Origin: Candidatus Altimarinota bacterium
GTDB lineage: Bacteria; Patescibacteriota; Gracilibacteria; CAIRYL01
Length of the DNA: 64,000 nucleotides
Assembly: GCA_965250085.1 (NCBI GenBank)
Contig: OZ252287.1
Location: 32,001-96,000 of the forward strand
Direction: 5' to 3'
Shown here: piece after piece, positions 18,928-30,145 of the stretch
How the letters are laid out: each line of letters starts with the position of its first letter
How positions within the stretch are numbered: the stretch's first letter is position 1
Program-made: the position numbers and the translations under genes
The notes under the pieces: generated by a model
What the model was told of the DNA's origin: nothing
The model's input: the letters and a program-made list of their open reading frames with translations, nothing else
The model's database searches: none

Positions 18928-20025
18928 GTGAACACATTTGGACATCTTTTCCGGGTTACGACTTTTGGAGAATCGCATGGAGGTGCTGTGGGGTGCGTGA
19001 TAGACGGATGTCCTTCTCAAATCGAAATCTCAAAGGAAGAGATAGAAGCAGAACTGAGCCGACGCGCAACCGGACAAAGCGAAGTAACTTCTGGTCGCAA
19101 AGAGCCAGATACAGTAGAGATTCTTTCTGGCATCTTTGAAGGCAAGACTCTCGGGACGCCTCTCTGCATGCTCACCAGAAATAAAGACGCAAGAAAAGAA
19201 GATTATGAATATTTAAAAGATAAATATCGTCCGAGCCACGCGGATTTTACGTATGAAAAAAAATATGGAATTCGAGCTTGGACCGGAGGAGGAAGAGCTA
19301 GTGCACGCGAAACGACCGCACGTGTTATGGCAGGAGCAATTGCAAAAAAAATACTGCAGTCTGAATGTGGTACAGAGGTCTTGGCGTATGTTTCCCAGGT
19401 TAAAGATATTACAGCGGAAGTGAATACAGAGACTTTAATTCTTAAGGATATTGAGTCTAGTGCGATGAGGTGTCCAGATCCGAATGTGGCAAAAAAAATG
19501 GAGCAATTAGTACTCCAAATGAAAGAAGAGGGGAATTCAGTAGGAGGTACGGTTTCTTGCGTGGTCAAAAACATGCTTCTGGGGCTCGGCGATCCAGTAT
19601 TTGGAAAATTGGAAGCGTCGCTTGCGAGAGCGGTGATGTCACTTCCAGCAACAAAAGGGTTTGAAATTGGTTCTGGATTTGCAGGAACGCACCTTACGGG
19701 AAAAGATCACAATGATGAATTTTATGCCCAATCAGATGGCTCAATTGGCACTAAAACGAATAATTCTGGAGGAATCCAAGGAGGAATTTCAAATGGAGAA
19801 GATATTCTTTTGAATATTGCTTTTAAGCCCACATCGACTATTTCACAATCTCAAGAAACAGTAGACGCAAAGGGAAACAATGTGGAACTTAAAAATATTA
19901 CGGGTCGGCACGACCCGTGTGTACTCCCCCGTGCGGTGCCGATTGTGGAAGCAATGGTAGCTCTTACGCTGGTAGATCACTTGCTTTTAGACAGAGCACA
20001 GAATGCAAGAGTGAACAACACATAG
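18928..20025 (+). CDS. aroC: Chorismate synthase
   Basis: [48 protein letters not shown]. Confidence 0.96.
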   Translation: MNTFGHLFRVTTFGESHGGAVGCVIDGCPSQIEISKEEIEAELSRRATGQSEVTSGRKEPDTVEILSGIFEGKTLGTPLCMLTRNKDARKEDYEYLKDKYRPSHADFTYEKKYGIRAWTGGGRASARETTARVMAGAIAKKILQSECGTEVLAYVSQVKDITAEVNTETLILKDIESSAMRCPDPNVAKKMEQLVLQMKEEGNSVGGTVSCVVKNMLLGLGDPVFGKLEASLARAVMSLPATKGFEIGSGFAGTHLTGKDHNDEFYAQSDGSIGTKTNNSGGIQGGISNGEDILLNIAFKPTSTISQSQETVDAKGNNVELKNITGRHDPCVLPRAVPIVEAMVALTLVDHLLLDRAQNARVNNT

Positions 20026-20110
20026 GACTCTCAAATTTCAAAGATGTCCAAAAATATTTGAAAACAAGGGATAAAAGTGATACAATGATCCGATCATTTT
20101 AATTACAGAT

Positions 20111-20320
20111 ATGTTTGGAAAGATAAAAAATCACATCAATTCTTTTTTTATTGTCCATGAGGACGAGCAAGGATTTGGAGTGGAAGTAACACTCGCGATA
20201 CTGGCGCTCTTTTTTCTGGCAATCGCTCTGTTTATTTCATTTGAAAGCAATGCCCACGACTTTGATGCAAATATTGTATCAGGAGTGGAAGATCAAAATA
20301 TGTCAGGAAGCATTCAGTAA
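20111..20320 (+). CDS. Small pilin-like membrane peptide
   Basis: DEQG|FGVEV followed by a hydrophobic helix, resembling a class III (prepilin) leader. Confidence 0.5.
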   Translation: MFGKIKNHINSFFIVHEDEQGFGVEVTLAILALFFLAIALFISFESNAHDFDANIVSGVEDQNMSGSIQ

Positions 20321-20351
20321 AAACAGAGATTCCTTTCACGATAGAAATCCT

Positions 20352-20376
20352 AAAAGTGCACATTTGTGCGCTTTTT
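20352..20376 (+). terminator. Putative intrinsic terminator
   Basis: aaaagtgcac-attt-gtgcgcttttt hairpin with U-tract. Confidence 0.6.
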
Positions 20377-20578
20377 GTGTGCAAAAAATAGGTTCATAAA
20401 CTCTTTGACAAAAAAGCAAATACTATTGTATAAAAGTTCTCCCTGCAGACATTTTTCCCGAGAGAAAACATCTGTGTATTTAGAGTCTCCGTTTTTTTCC
20501 AAAAAAACATTTGACAAATATTTTTTTTCTATGTAAAGTCGTCTCCTTTTTGGATTTTTCCCTTTAATCTCTTTTCCA

Positions 20579-23500
20579 ATGGAAAGTACAACATTTTCTT
20601 TTTCGCGTGTATTTCGTGCGATTTTTTATTCACTTTTTGCAATCTTAAGCACTGCATTTCTTTTCCTCTATGGTGGAGCAAAACCATCTACAGACAACGC
20701 TCTTGCTGCAGGCACCTGCAGTTATGATGCAGTACTAGAAGTAGTAGGGGGAGGAGATCCTATGGATATAGAGAAAGGAGAAGCACTAGAATTTGTATCC
20801 TCAATTCAAAATAGAAGTGCAGATTGTAATACGAGTGACGTAGGGAATAACAGTAAGACATATCGGAAGCTAGAAGTAGATGCCGATGGGAACGGAGAAT
20901 ATGAATATACAAGTGACTGGACATCATGCTATTCGACAACGTGTAAAACAGACAGACATCCGCCAAGATTCACCTATAGCAAAGCAGGACAATATACAGC
21001 AAGAACAAGAATTACCTGGAGAGAAAACCCGAATGGGACAGTAATAGAAGAAGACACTGTTACCATAAACGTAAAAGCCCCACCAGTAATCATAGATCCT
21101 GCATGTAACCTGAATGATCCTGATGGAGCAGGAGACAAGTTTATTCTTGTAAACTTCCAGCCATTCTATCAAGGAGGGAAGAAGATATTTGGGAATTATG
21201 GACCTGCAGATGCAGTTATGGGACCTGTGGGAGTGAATGTTCCCTCAGGAGTGTATAAGATAGAAGCGACCTCATTTGATGACCATAGCCAACAGACGAG
21301 TGATAAAGTCACAAGCCAACAGAGAGAACAATGGGTACTGAGATTCCAGAATGGAGGAGGATCAGTGCTGGCCCAGACGAGAGCGACAAATGATGTACCG
21401 AACAACGCAGACCAGATAAGCCATGTACTGGAGACAGGTTTTGTGATACCAGCGAATGTAAGCAAAGTAGATGCGTATCATGCAGCCTATCCGGGAGCAT
21501 CTACACCAGAGAGTGTGACACCGGTATGTGCTCTTCTGGAAAATATTACACCCCCAGAACCAACATGTAGCTTTAATGCTGATCCTTCTCAGATAGTAGT
21601 GGGCGACTCCAGTACTCTTTCATGGAGCACCACCAATGCAGGCAATGTTGTTATTTCCAATATTGGAAGTGTAAGTGCTAATGGAAATCAAAATGTGACC
21701 CCGGCAACAACTACAATTTATGAGCTTACAGCAACGGGTCTTGGAGGAGAGGCGATATGTTATGCAACAGTTACAGTGGAGCCCCTTCCAGACGAACCTA
21801 GTTGTTCTAATTTTACGGCCAATCCAGATTCAATATATGTTGGTGAGTCAACAACGCTCGATTGGACACAAGTCAACGGTGTCTCTGCTTCCATTGATAA
21901 TGGAGTAGGAGCGGTACCATTAAATGGACCAAAATCGGTTTCACCAAATCAAACGACAACATATACCCTTACAATTACTGGTGCGCCTGGAACGACTCCA
22001 GACGAGTGTGAAGCCACGGTTACAGTAAATCCACTGCCACCACTGGATTGCGAACTGAATGTGATTCCCAATCCAGTTTTAGAAGGAAGTGGAGCTCAGG
22101 TATGCTGGACTCTTACGGGATCTCCCCTTGATGGGAATTTGATTTCTAACGATCCTGGTGTTTTCATCCCTGGTCCAAATAATTTTACTCAAGATGGATG
22201 CGCTTCCAATGTGGGACCATTCACGATTGATCCTACCAACTTTACCCTTAGTATTTCTGATGTCTTTGGACAGCAAGCTTCGTGTAATATTGCTGTAGAA
22301 GTCAATCCACCTACTCCAGATAAAGCAGATGTGTATATTGATAAAGTGGTCTTGTCTCCTCAGCCTCCTCAAGGAGAAATAGGAGATATCTTTACCTATC
22401 GACTCAATTTTGGAAACAATGGTCCTGATACAGCCGTCAATGTACGGGTGATAGATGTGTATGACGCGACCAGAGTTTCTATTGTACAGTTTATCGGCAT
22501 GAGTGCAGGAGTCAGCTGTCAGGATATTCCCAATCCGCCAAATGGCAATCCGCGTATTGTATGTACTGCAGGAGATTTATCTGCTGGCGAGAGTAGATTT
22601 GTAGAATACCAAGCTGTCGCCATTGCTCCTGGAGAAGCTGTCAATAGAGCTCGTGTGGCAACAGACACAGAGGATACAAATCCTGATAACAATCATGATG
22701 AAGAGAGGGTCTTTATTGATCTTCCCGAAGCTCCAACTTGTACTCTGAGTGCAGAGCCAAATCCAGTGACCGCTGAACAATCAATAGAGCTTTGCTGGAC
22801 GGTGATCGGAGGATCAGGGAATGGAATTTTAGATTCAGAACCAGATGCTTCTATTCCCGGTCCAAATGATTTTTCTCAGGACGGATGTGTGTCTCCTGTA
22901 GGCCCTATTGTCCAAAATACTGATTTTACACTTACCGTTTTTGATCAATTCCAGCAATCAGGACAATGTGCAGTAGCTGTTGAAGTAGAAGAACCGCAGG
23001 ACATAGATGTTACTGTCACCAAGGAAGCGAACCCTATCAGTTCTTTTTCAGAAGGAACGGTTACCTATACTCTCACCTACCAAAACTTGGGAACTGATCC
23101 TGCAATGAATGTCACCCTTGAAGATAGTATTGATCTTATAAACTCTACCGGATCAGCGAGCGATTTTATGATTACTGAGCAACCAACTACTGGAGGAGTA
23201 TGTGTTCCAAAGGTAACTGATGACGGTATTATTTGTGTTCTTAACGATCTTGCTGCTAATGCATCCGGAACTATTACCTACACAGCAAAAGTCAGTGGGA
23301 ACGCGGGAGATGTGATCCTTAATGACGTTGAAATCTCAGCAACCAATGAGCCACCTGCAAATCAAGGAAATAATACAGATGATGCTATGGTGACTATCAT
23401 AGAAAGCCTTGAGCCAGATGTTTCGATTATGAAAGAAGTAAATCCGGCAGAAGTATTTCCTGGAGACATAGTGACCTATACACTCGACTATGCAAATGTC

Positions 23501-26500
23501 GGTCTGGAGGTAGCATACAATGTTACTGTTATTGATCAGGTACAAAATTCTTCTACTGGTACTATCCACACGCTGGAAGTACAACCCCCTGCAGATGGAT
23601 TTTGTAATGTAGACGAACCAAATCTCAAAATTACGTGTTCTCTGGGAACTTTGAACCCTGGAGATACTGGAACTATTGTCTATACCGCTATCGCTGGTGA
23701 AAACCTTACCAATGGGAACCTTTTGGTTGATAATTTGGTAGTGATCAATACCACCAGCAATGATACCAATCCTGTAAACGACACAGACACAGCTCGACTT
23801 ACCATTAAGCCTCCAGTTCCAGAACTTGAACTTGCGAAATCTGTCCTGAATGAAAACTCACAGGAAACTGGAGATGATGTGAAGGCTGATGCAGATGATG
23901 TCCTCACCTATACACTCAGCGCGTCAAATTCTGGCACGGCAGATGTACAGGATTATGTGTTTATCGATGATGTGAATGATATTCTGGAATATGCAGATAT
24001 CGACAGTATCTCTGATGGAGGAGCAGAAAATGCAGGAGTCATTACCTGGCCTGCTATGACCATTCCTTTCGGTCAGACCGTAAGCGTTACATTTGAAGTT
24101 ACTGTAAAAGCAGAAAACGACTGGCCACAATCAGACTTTACCCTTACCAATATCTTTGGAAACTTTGTCACCGTACGCCTCGAACAACCTGATCTGGCGA
24201 TTACGATCAATGTAGATGACACCTCAGTGCCACCAACTATTGTGGGACCACCACGAGTACCCACCCTGCTCACCTATGATCTGATTTGGGAAAACCTGGG
24301 AAATATCGATATGGAACAAACAATTGTTACCGTTGATTGTGCTGATGATGCGATCAATATCTTGAGTGCCTCTGGAGCGCTGAGTATAGACAATGTAAAC
24401 AATATCATTGTCTGGGACTTAGGAACGGTACTGGCTGGCAGCAGCGGACCACTTACCTTTGAGGCAGAACTGCAAGATGGATATGGAGAACTCACTCCAG
24501 AATCATTTGATTGTACTGCTCATATTGAAAGCGCTGTAATTCCCGTAGCAAGTGAAACCAACCAACTCAACAACGATGATGATGTCACTGTAGTCGTTGA
24601 TGAAAACAATAGAGACTCAATAGCAAAACGTGTTACCAATCTTAGTACAGGGATTACTTCCACAGCCGTTCAAGCGCAACCTGGTGATGAAATTGAATAC
24701 GTGCTTTCATATACTGCTGGAGATGTTGATATGAATGGATATGTCTTTAATGATGATGTAACAGATGTTCTGGAGCTTTCCAACCTGGTATACAATGATC
24801 CACCAGCAAATACTTCACTCTTTGGAGGAGGAGTTCTGAATGGCAATACTATCACTTGGGATAATGGAGGAGCAGGATTTGATGTTCCTGCTTTCCAAAC
24901 ACAGGAAGTCAAGTTTCGTATTGTGATCTTTGACGAGGAGACACTTTCTCAGCATCAAGGAGATTTTGTTCTGACAAATATTTTTGGAAACGTGACAACA
25001 ACAGTTACTCTTCCGAGTTTACAGAAATCAAAAACAGTTGCAATCAATGGAGGGTCAGAAGTTATTGCGAGCAATGCAGAGGCAGGAGATATTCTCACTT
25101 ACAATCTGTATGTAGAGAATATAGGAGCCGCTACGCACAACGCATTTGTTGTAGAAGATGACGTTAGCGATATCCTAGAATATGCCACTGTGATCGATTC
25201 TGGAGGAGGAATAATCGATACCAATGCATTTGGAGAGCAAATTATTTCATGGCCTCCAGCTGATATTGCTGCAGGAGACACTCTTGTGAAAACATTCCAA
25301 GTGCAAATTCTCAATCCACTTCCACAAGGAGGTGACTTCACCCTGAGAAATGCTTATGGAAACAGTGTGACTGTTGTTACTATTCCAGATTTGAATATCT
25401 CAAAATCAGTGCTTAATACTGATACTCAAGAGCAGGGAACGAATGTAAATGCTGATGAAAATCATGTTCTGGTATATACCCTGACAGCAAATAATACTGG
25501 AAGTGCCGATTTTCTCAACTTCGTCTTCTCAGATGATGTGAATGACATTCTGGAATATGCTGTTCTCGGATCTATTTCTGATGGAGGAGCTGAGGCAGGG
25601 GGAGCGATTACCTGGCCGGCAATGGATGTCCCCAATGGACAATCAGTCAGTGTGACTTTTGAAGTAACCGTCAATGCTACAGCAAATTGGCCAGCAAATT
25701 CTGATTTCCGAATGGAAAATATCTTTGGAAATACTGTTGTGGTGGAACTCCCAGGAGTCGTAGAAGTGGATACTCACATTGAAAAAACAGTTGATACCGT
25801 CGTAGCGATCCCTGGACAAGTGCTCACCTATACTCTGACGTACTTTAATGAAGGCAACGATATAGCAACCAATGTGACCATAGAAGATGATATTGATGAA
25901 TCCAAACTTGATATTGATCTCAATTCTCTTCCTGCCAACTGTGCATACGTTGATCTGGGTGATCCACTTAAGATAAATGGTGGACCCATGGGGATCAGAT
26001 GCAGCTCCATCGATCTGGAAAAAACAACTCCTGCACAGGTCATAACCTATATGGCAACCGTCAAAGATGACGCCACAGGAGACATTATCAACACTGCTGA
26101 GATTAATCAGGATGAAGTAGATATTGATCCTTCAGACAATCAATCATCAGCAACAGTTCCAGTAGAAACAGATGTCAATCTTTCTATTGTTAAGATCGCA
26201 AATCCAGTGAGCTTGGTGACCGGACAACAAACTCAATATGCTATTACGGTCACGAATGATTCGTCAATTGCACAAAGCTTTACCGTAACCGATGTTCTGG
26301 GTGCTGGAAACAATGGAGGATCACTCACCTTTCTCCCTTCAACAGTTTCATTTGTATTTAGTGCAGGAGGCAGTGCTTCAGGAAACTCACCCTTTATCAT
26401 TACCGATCTGGAAGGGAGTGGAAACACTGTGACCATTACGTACAACGCTACGGCTAGTAACTCTGGTATTCCTACAAACCAAAGTTCACTCTTTACCAAT

Positions 26501-27562
26501 ATTGCGACAATTGTCGAGACTGGTGATACTGCTACAGAAGACGTCTTTGTTGTCGGGCCACGAAGCGGCGGAAGTGGAGGCGGAGGTGGTGGAGGCGGTT
26601 CTCGAATTATTCGAGGATCACTCAATGTCTTTCTCCAAAAAGAGGTATTTGATACCAATATTGATACTTGGAAAGATGCTGACACTGTAGATCTTGCAGC
26701 TTTTGTTGATCCAGGTTCTCAGCAGGAAATTCGATATCGAATTTTGGTGCGAAACGAAGGAAGTATCAAAGGAGATATCACTGTAGAAGACATCTTTAGT
26801 AGCCAAAGCTTGAATAGAGTTGATGTGCAAAATGTTACAGGAGCTACTTGGGATCCACACACACAAGAATTCTTGGTAGAAGATGTCGGAGCGGGGAGCA
26901 CTAAAACGATTGCTTACACTGCTGTAGTTTCTCGTCTTGCTGGCACGTCAAATCCTGTAGCGGTCAATACTGCCACGGTAACTGAAGCAGAACTTTCTTC
27001 AGACCTTCCGAGCAATCGATACATCTTGCAAAGCGTAGAAGGAATTGGTACGAGTGATGATGCGTATGTCAAAACCTTTGGGGGTGATGTAGAACTCAAA
27101 AAACGAGTTGATAAGATCATAGCCAACAGAGGAGAGGAAATACGATATACCCTCACGGTTCGTAATGTAGGATCTGAAAATTTTACAAATGTTCGACTTG
27201 TGGATGAATTCCCATATGAATTCGTAGATATCATTTCTATGAGTCCTGAAGGAGTTCGTCAAGGAAATGCTCTCGTGTTTACCAAAAGTTCACTTGCGCC
27301 CAGCAAACTCTGGATTGTACGAATAACTGCCCGTATCAAAGATGATGTCAAATCCGGAACAGTGATTCCAAACCTCGTCAACGTAGAAGCTGATGGACAA
27401 GACTTTTCTGACAAATGGGTACGAGTAAAGACTTTGGTAGACTTTCCCAAAGCACCGAGGACGCCTGATGTAGGACCCGCTGGAATCTTCTTTGGACTCT
27501 TCCTCTTCAGCACTTCACTCCTCTATATTAGACTTCGAAAAAGAGGCATTCTGAAAATATAG
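20579..27562 (+). CDS. Giant modular surface protein (PKD-like, Cys-bracketed Ig repeats, many DUF11/isopeptide-type domains, C-terminal sortase-like motif + TM + basic tail)
   Basis: Repeated xxK...PGD.LTYTL...N.G...D...N.A units; GGGGGGGS linker; ends PRTPDVG + hydrophobic helix + RLRKR. Confidence 0.85.
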   Translation: MESTTFSFSRVFRAIFYSLFAILSTAFLFLYGGAKPSTDNALAAGTCSYDAVLEVVGGGDPMDIEKGEALEFVSSIQNRSADCNTSDVGNNSKTYRKLEVDADGNGEYEYTSDWTSCYSTTCKTDRHPPRFTYSKAGQYTARTRITWRENPNGTVIEEDTVTINVKAPPVIIDPACNLNDPDGAGDKFILVNFQPFYQGGKKIFGNYGPADAVMGPVGVNVPSGVYKIEATSFDDHSQQTSDKVTSQQREQWVLRFQNGGGSVLAQTRATNDVPNNADQISHVLETGFVIPANVSKVDAYHAAYPGASTPESVTPVCALLENITPPEPTCSFNADPSQIVVGDSSTLSWSTTNAGNVVISNIGSVSANGNQNVTPATTTIYELTATGLGGEAICYATVTVEPLPDEPSCSNFTANPDSIYVGESTTLDWTQVNGVSASIDNGVGAVPLNGPKSVSPNQTTTYTLTITGAPGTTPDECEATVTVNPLPPLDCELNVIPNPVLEGSGAQVCWTLTGSPLDGNLISNDPGVFIPGPNNFTQDGCASNVGPFTIDPTNFTLSISDVFGQQASCNIAVEVNPPTPDKADVYIDKVVLSPQPPQGEIGDIFTYRLNFGNNGPDTAVNVRVIDVYDATRVSIVQFIGMSAGVSCQDIPNPPNGNPRIVCTAGDLSAGESRFVEYQAVAIAPGEAVNRARVATDTEDTNPDNNHDEERVFIDLPEAPTCTLSAEPNPVTAEQSIELCWTVIGGSGNGILDSEPDASIPGPNDFSQDGCVSPVGPIVQNTDFTLTVFDQFQQSGQCAVAVEVEEPQDIDVTVTKEANPISSFSEGTVTYTLTYQNLGTDPAMNVTLEDSIDLINSTGSASDFMITEQPTTGGVCVPKVTDDGIICVLNDLAANASGTITYTAKVSGNAGDVILNDVEISATNEPPANQGNNTDDAMVTIIESLEPDVSIMKEVNPAEVFPGDIVTYTLDYANVGLEVAYNVTVIDQVQNSSTGTIHTLEVQPPADGFCNVDEPNLKITCSLGTLNPGDTGTIVYTAIAGENLTNGNLLVDNLVVINTTSNDTNPVNDTDTARLTIKPPVPELELAKSVLNENSQETGDDVKADADDVLTYTLSASNSGTADVQDYVFIDDVNDILEYADIDSISDGGAENAGVITWPAMTIPFGQTVSVTFEVTVKAENDWPQSDFTLTNIFGNFVTVRLEQPDLAITINVDDTSVPPTIVGPPRVPTLLTYDLIWENLGNIDMEQTIVTVDCADDAINILSASGALSIDNVNNIIVWDLGTVLAGSSGPLTFEAELQDGYGELTPESFDCTAHIESAVIPVASETNQLNNDDDVTVVVDENNRDSIAKRVTNLSTGITSTAVQAQPGDEIEYVLSYTAGDVDMNGYVFNDDVTDVLELSNLVYNDPPANTSLFGGGVLNGNTITWDNGGAGFDVPAFQTQEVKFRIVIFDEETLSQHQGDFVLTNIFGNVTTTVTLPSLQKSKTVAINGGSEVIASNAEAGDILTYNLYVENIGAATHNAFVVEDDVSDILEYATVIDSGGGIIDTNAFGEQIISWPPADIAAGDTLVKTFQVQILNPLPQGGDFTLRNAYGNSVTVVTIPDLNISKSVLNTDTQEQGTNVNADENHVLVYTLTANNTGSADFLNFVFSDDVNDILEYAVLGSISDGGAEAGGAITWPAMDVPNGQSVSVTFEVTVNATANWPANSDFRMENIFGNTVVVELPGVVEVDTHIEKTVDTVVAIPGQVLTYTLTYFNEGNDIATNVTIEDDIDESKLDIDLNSLPANCAYVDLGDPLKINGGPMGIRCSSIDLEKTTPAQVITYMATVKDDATGDIINTAEINQDEVDIDPSDNQSSATVPVETDVNLSIVKIANPVSLVTGQQTQYAITVTNDSSIAQSFTVTDVLGAGNNGGSLTFLPSTVSFVFSAGGSASGNSPFIITDLEGSGNTVTITYNATASNSGIPTNQSSLFTNIATIVETGDTATEDVFVVGPRSGGSGGGGGGGGSRIIRGSLNVFLQKEVFDTNIDTWKDADTVDLAAFVDPGSQQEIRYRILVRNEGSIKGDITVEDIFSSQSLNRVDVQNVTGATWDPHTQEFLVEDVGAGSTKTIAYTAVVSRLAGTSNPVAVNTATVTEAELSSDLPSNRYILQSVEGIGTSDDAYVKTFGGDVELKKRVDKIIANRGEEIRYTLTVRNVGSENFTNVRLVDEFPYEFVDIISMSPEGVRQGNALVFTKSSLAPSKLWIVRITARIKDDVKSGTVIPNLVNVEADGQDFSDKWVRVKTLVDFPKAPRTPDVGPAGIFFGLFLFSTSLLYIRLRKRGILKI
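20711..21544 (+). repeat. ~830-bp module shared with 47714-48544 (500-bp identical core 21017-21516)
   Basis: Line-by-line comparison of the two regions. Confidence 0.95.
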
Positions 27563-27590
27563 AGTTGCAACATACATCGAAACAAACCTT

Positions 27591-27618
27591 GTAGAGGCTC
27601 AATATATCGAGCCTCTAC
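27591..27618. repeat. GTAG-type REP palindrome providing the stop codon of the GT2 gene
   Basis: gtagaggctc-aatatatc-gagcctctac; related to 32071-32098. Confidence 0.8.
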
Positions 27619-28448
27619 TTTGTGTTTCGAGGATTTGGCTTCCCTTTCCATTTCCAAAAATATTTGAAAGCACTCATGGCGTGTATTTGGACTGTCTTTT
27701 TTCGAAAAAAATCAAAGATACCCTTTGTTTCCGAAAGTCGTTCATGATTGTGAAGTGCAGAGTATTGAGGATGAAACACAACCTGCCAGCCATGTGACCA
27801 AAGTGATCTACAAATATCAGTGTCTTCCAAAAAGAGAAAATATCTTGGATCAAATCCTCCGACTTTTTTCCAGGCATCTTTTCGGGCAATAAAAAAAGCT
27901 CCCACCACCCAATCAACAGCTGTAGGAACAGTAAGATTGATATTCCACATGAGGAAACGAGCAATGCGTTTTGGAAATACCTTTCGTAAAAAACCAATTC
28001 GTTTTATCACCATGTCCGGCAAAGAGGGAAATCGGCGAAATGAATCTTGCATTTTTTTATTGGGCAAGATCAATTTGGGTGCTACCAGCCCCACTTTTTC
28101 ATTCTCTTTCAAGTATCTGAGCAGTCCGTCAAAAGTTCCGGCATGGACCTCAATATCTGGATTCATCACAGCAATATACCTTCCTTTTGCAAGAGTAATT
28201 CCTGCTTCGTTTCCCTGACCGTATCCTAAGTTTTTTACAAGTTCCACAAATCTCAGGGGCAGTTTTTCCTTCCATTTATTTCTCAGATTCATAAGGCTTC
28301 CATCCCTGGATGCATTATCTACAAGAATGATTTCATATTCTGCAGATGGGGTATTTTTCGCAATAGACTCAAGGCATTTGTGACAAAATGCTTCAGATTT
28401 GTAATTGAGAATAATAATAGAAAGCTCTGGAGTATTCATGACTTTCAA
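27615..28448 (-). CDS. Glycosyltransferase family 2 (rhamnosyltransferase-like)
   Basis: SIIILNY, VDNAS.D, NLGYG..N, MNPD, GGFDPRYFLFLEDTD. Confidence 0.9.
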   Translation of the reverse strand: MKVMNTPELSIIILNYKSEAFCHKCLESIAKNTPSAEYEIILVDNASRDGSLMNLRNKWKEKLPLRFVELVKNLGYGQGNEAGITLAKGRYIAVMNPDIEVHAGTFDGLLRYLKENEKVGLVAPKLILPNKKMQDSFRRFPSLPDMVIKRIGFLRKVFPKRIARFLMWNINLTVPTAVDWVVGAFFIARKDAWKKVGGFDPRYFLFLEDTDICRSLWSHGWQVVFHPQYSALHNHERLSETKGIFDFFRKKTVQIHAMSAFKYFWKWKGKPNPRNTK

Positions 28449-28466
28449 AGTGTAGCAAATTCTTAT

Positions 28467-29228
28467 TTATGAAGATACGGACCAAATGACATCAAATAGA
28501 GACTCCATGGTCTTGTAGAAGGTTTCACTTTCAATGATAAGTCCATGTACATGTTTATGAAAATCAATAATAGCAACTTCTTTGGACTTACAAAGAATAA
28601 TTTCGGAATGGAGCTTGAAAGGGAATTTTTTTATAATTCTTGTTTCTCTGTTAGATATCATATCAAGCGATTGATACCTTGTACTGAGTTTGCTTTTTTC
28701 TACTAATACCTTACTAAAGGTATTCTTTTGAATCTTTTTGGCAATAAAATCTCTTTTTAAAAACTTCTTCAACCCTTTTGGCATAATATCTACTGTGAGA
28801 AATGATTTTTGAATATCACTTTTTTGGAGAGTAGAAAGGTACAGATTCATAACAGCTTCATTGCCTTCAAAAATTCGAACTGTCGGTTTTTCGAAAAATT
28901 GTTTTTCTAGTTTCAACACTTCTTCTATAAAATCTTGCGCCATCTTTTTTCTTCCTTTTAGATCAGCAATATCCCGTTCTATAATGTCCACAAAAATTTC
29001 AGGCGATACAGACATATACGCATTTACTTCATTTACTTCTGTCTGAGCAATGATGCCTTTTTGCAAAAGTCTTTTTAAGACTGAGTACACAGTGGTTCTA
29101 TCAATTTTTGTTCTTGTCGCAATAGAACTCGCATAAGAAATGCCATGAGTGTAAATATCCAAATAAATTTCTCTATCTTTCTTGTTAAATCCCTGATGAG
29201 CAAGAAAGGAGGCAATAGTTTCATGCAT
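28467..29228 (-). CDS. TrmB-family transcriptional regulator
   Basis: N-terminal wHTH ASSIATRTKIDRTTVYSVLKRLLQKG; PTVRIFEG C-terminal domain start. Confidence 0.85.
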   Translation of the reverse strand: MHETIASFLAHQGFNKKDREIYLDIYTHGISYASSIATRTKIDRTTVYSVLKRLLQKGIIAQTEVNEVNAYMSVSPEIFVDIIERDIADLKGRKKMAQDFIEEVLKLEKQFFEKPTVRIFEGNEAVMNLYLSTLQKSDIQKSFLTVDIMPKGLKKFLKRDFIAKKIQKNTFSKVLVEKSKLSTRYQSLDMISNRETRIIKKFPFKLHSEIILCKSKEVAIIDFHKHVHGLIIESETFYKTMESLFDVIWSVSS

Positions 29229-29380
29229 GAGTGTTGATAATATTTCAACACATGCATTATATTATGCTCTTTTGCTCTCCAGCAAGAGAAAACGAATCAA
29301 AATCAAAGAATACTCTTTTTTATAATCTTATAATCTGCTTGTACTGTCAGTGCATAAGTTTATGAATTTATTTTTGACGT

Positions 29381-30112
29381 ATGCAATATCCAGTTCGAGT
29401 GTATGCAGATGCAGAAAGCACATTGCTCCAACAGGAAAGTCTTGTGGAGATCGCAAGAAGATCTGGAAAAACAGAGGATGTAGAGTCTAAAGATGTTATG
29501 AATGGATACAATGTTTGGACTCCAGAGCTCCAAGCTCGATCTTTACAAACTCGCTGTAATATATTGAATATGAGTCATGACATGCTCTTGAAGCAAGCAG
29601 GGCTCATGACACCAACACCTGGTTCTCAGGATTTTGTAGAGCATTGTCGCTCACATCGCATTCCTCTCACGGTTGTGAGTGGTGGTATAAACACGGTTAT
29701 TTGGCCAATTCTGAAAAAAATGGGAATACATCGCAAGTATTTGTATTCACCACAGGCAGGAGATTGTGAAGATGGATTTAGAATTCTTGAACATCCTCGA
29801 AATCTCCCTCCTAAAGTAAATGTTTTTTCTAAAAAAGATGTCATTAACTACTGTAAGAGAAGATATGGAGAGCATATCGCTGTAGTGATTGGAGATGGAG
29901 CAAATGATGTAAGTGCAGGTGATATCAACATCGCTTTTACAGGAGTTGTACAACGTCCAAAAGTAGTAGAAAAAGCAGATACTGAGGGAGAAGATTTCCC
30001 AAAGGTTCAGGAGATTATATCTGGCATTATAGAAAACAGAGCTACTCTACGTCTACCACTAGGAGCTATCTTAAATAGAGAGACCGTAGAGCAACTTATT
30101 CAAGACGTATAG
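29381..30112 (+). CDS. HAD-IB phosphoserine phosphatase-like protein
   Basis: Motif I variant DAEST, TPG, VSGG, K, IGDGAND, AFTG...RPKV; convergent with serA-like gene. Confidence 0.75.
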   Translation: MQYPVRVYADAESTLLQQESLVEIARRSGKTEDVESKDVMNGYNVWTPELQARSLQTRCNILNMSHDMLLKQAGLMTPTPGSQDFVEHCRSHRIPLTVVSGGINTVIWPILKKMGIHRKYLYSPQAGDCEDGFRILEHPRNLPPKVNVFSKKDVINYCKRRYGEHIAVVIGDGANDVSAGDINIAFTGVVQRPKVVEKADTEGEDFPKVQEIISGIIENRATLRLPLGAILNRETVEQLIQDV

Positions 30113-30145
30113 CAGTATTCAAGAATACAGAAAATTTATTTCATA

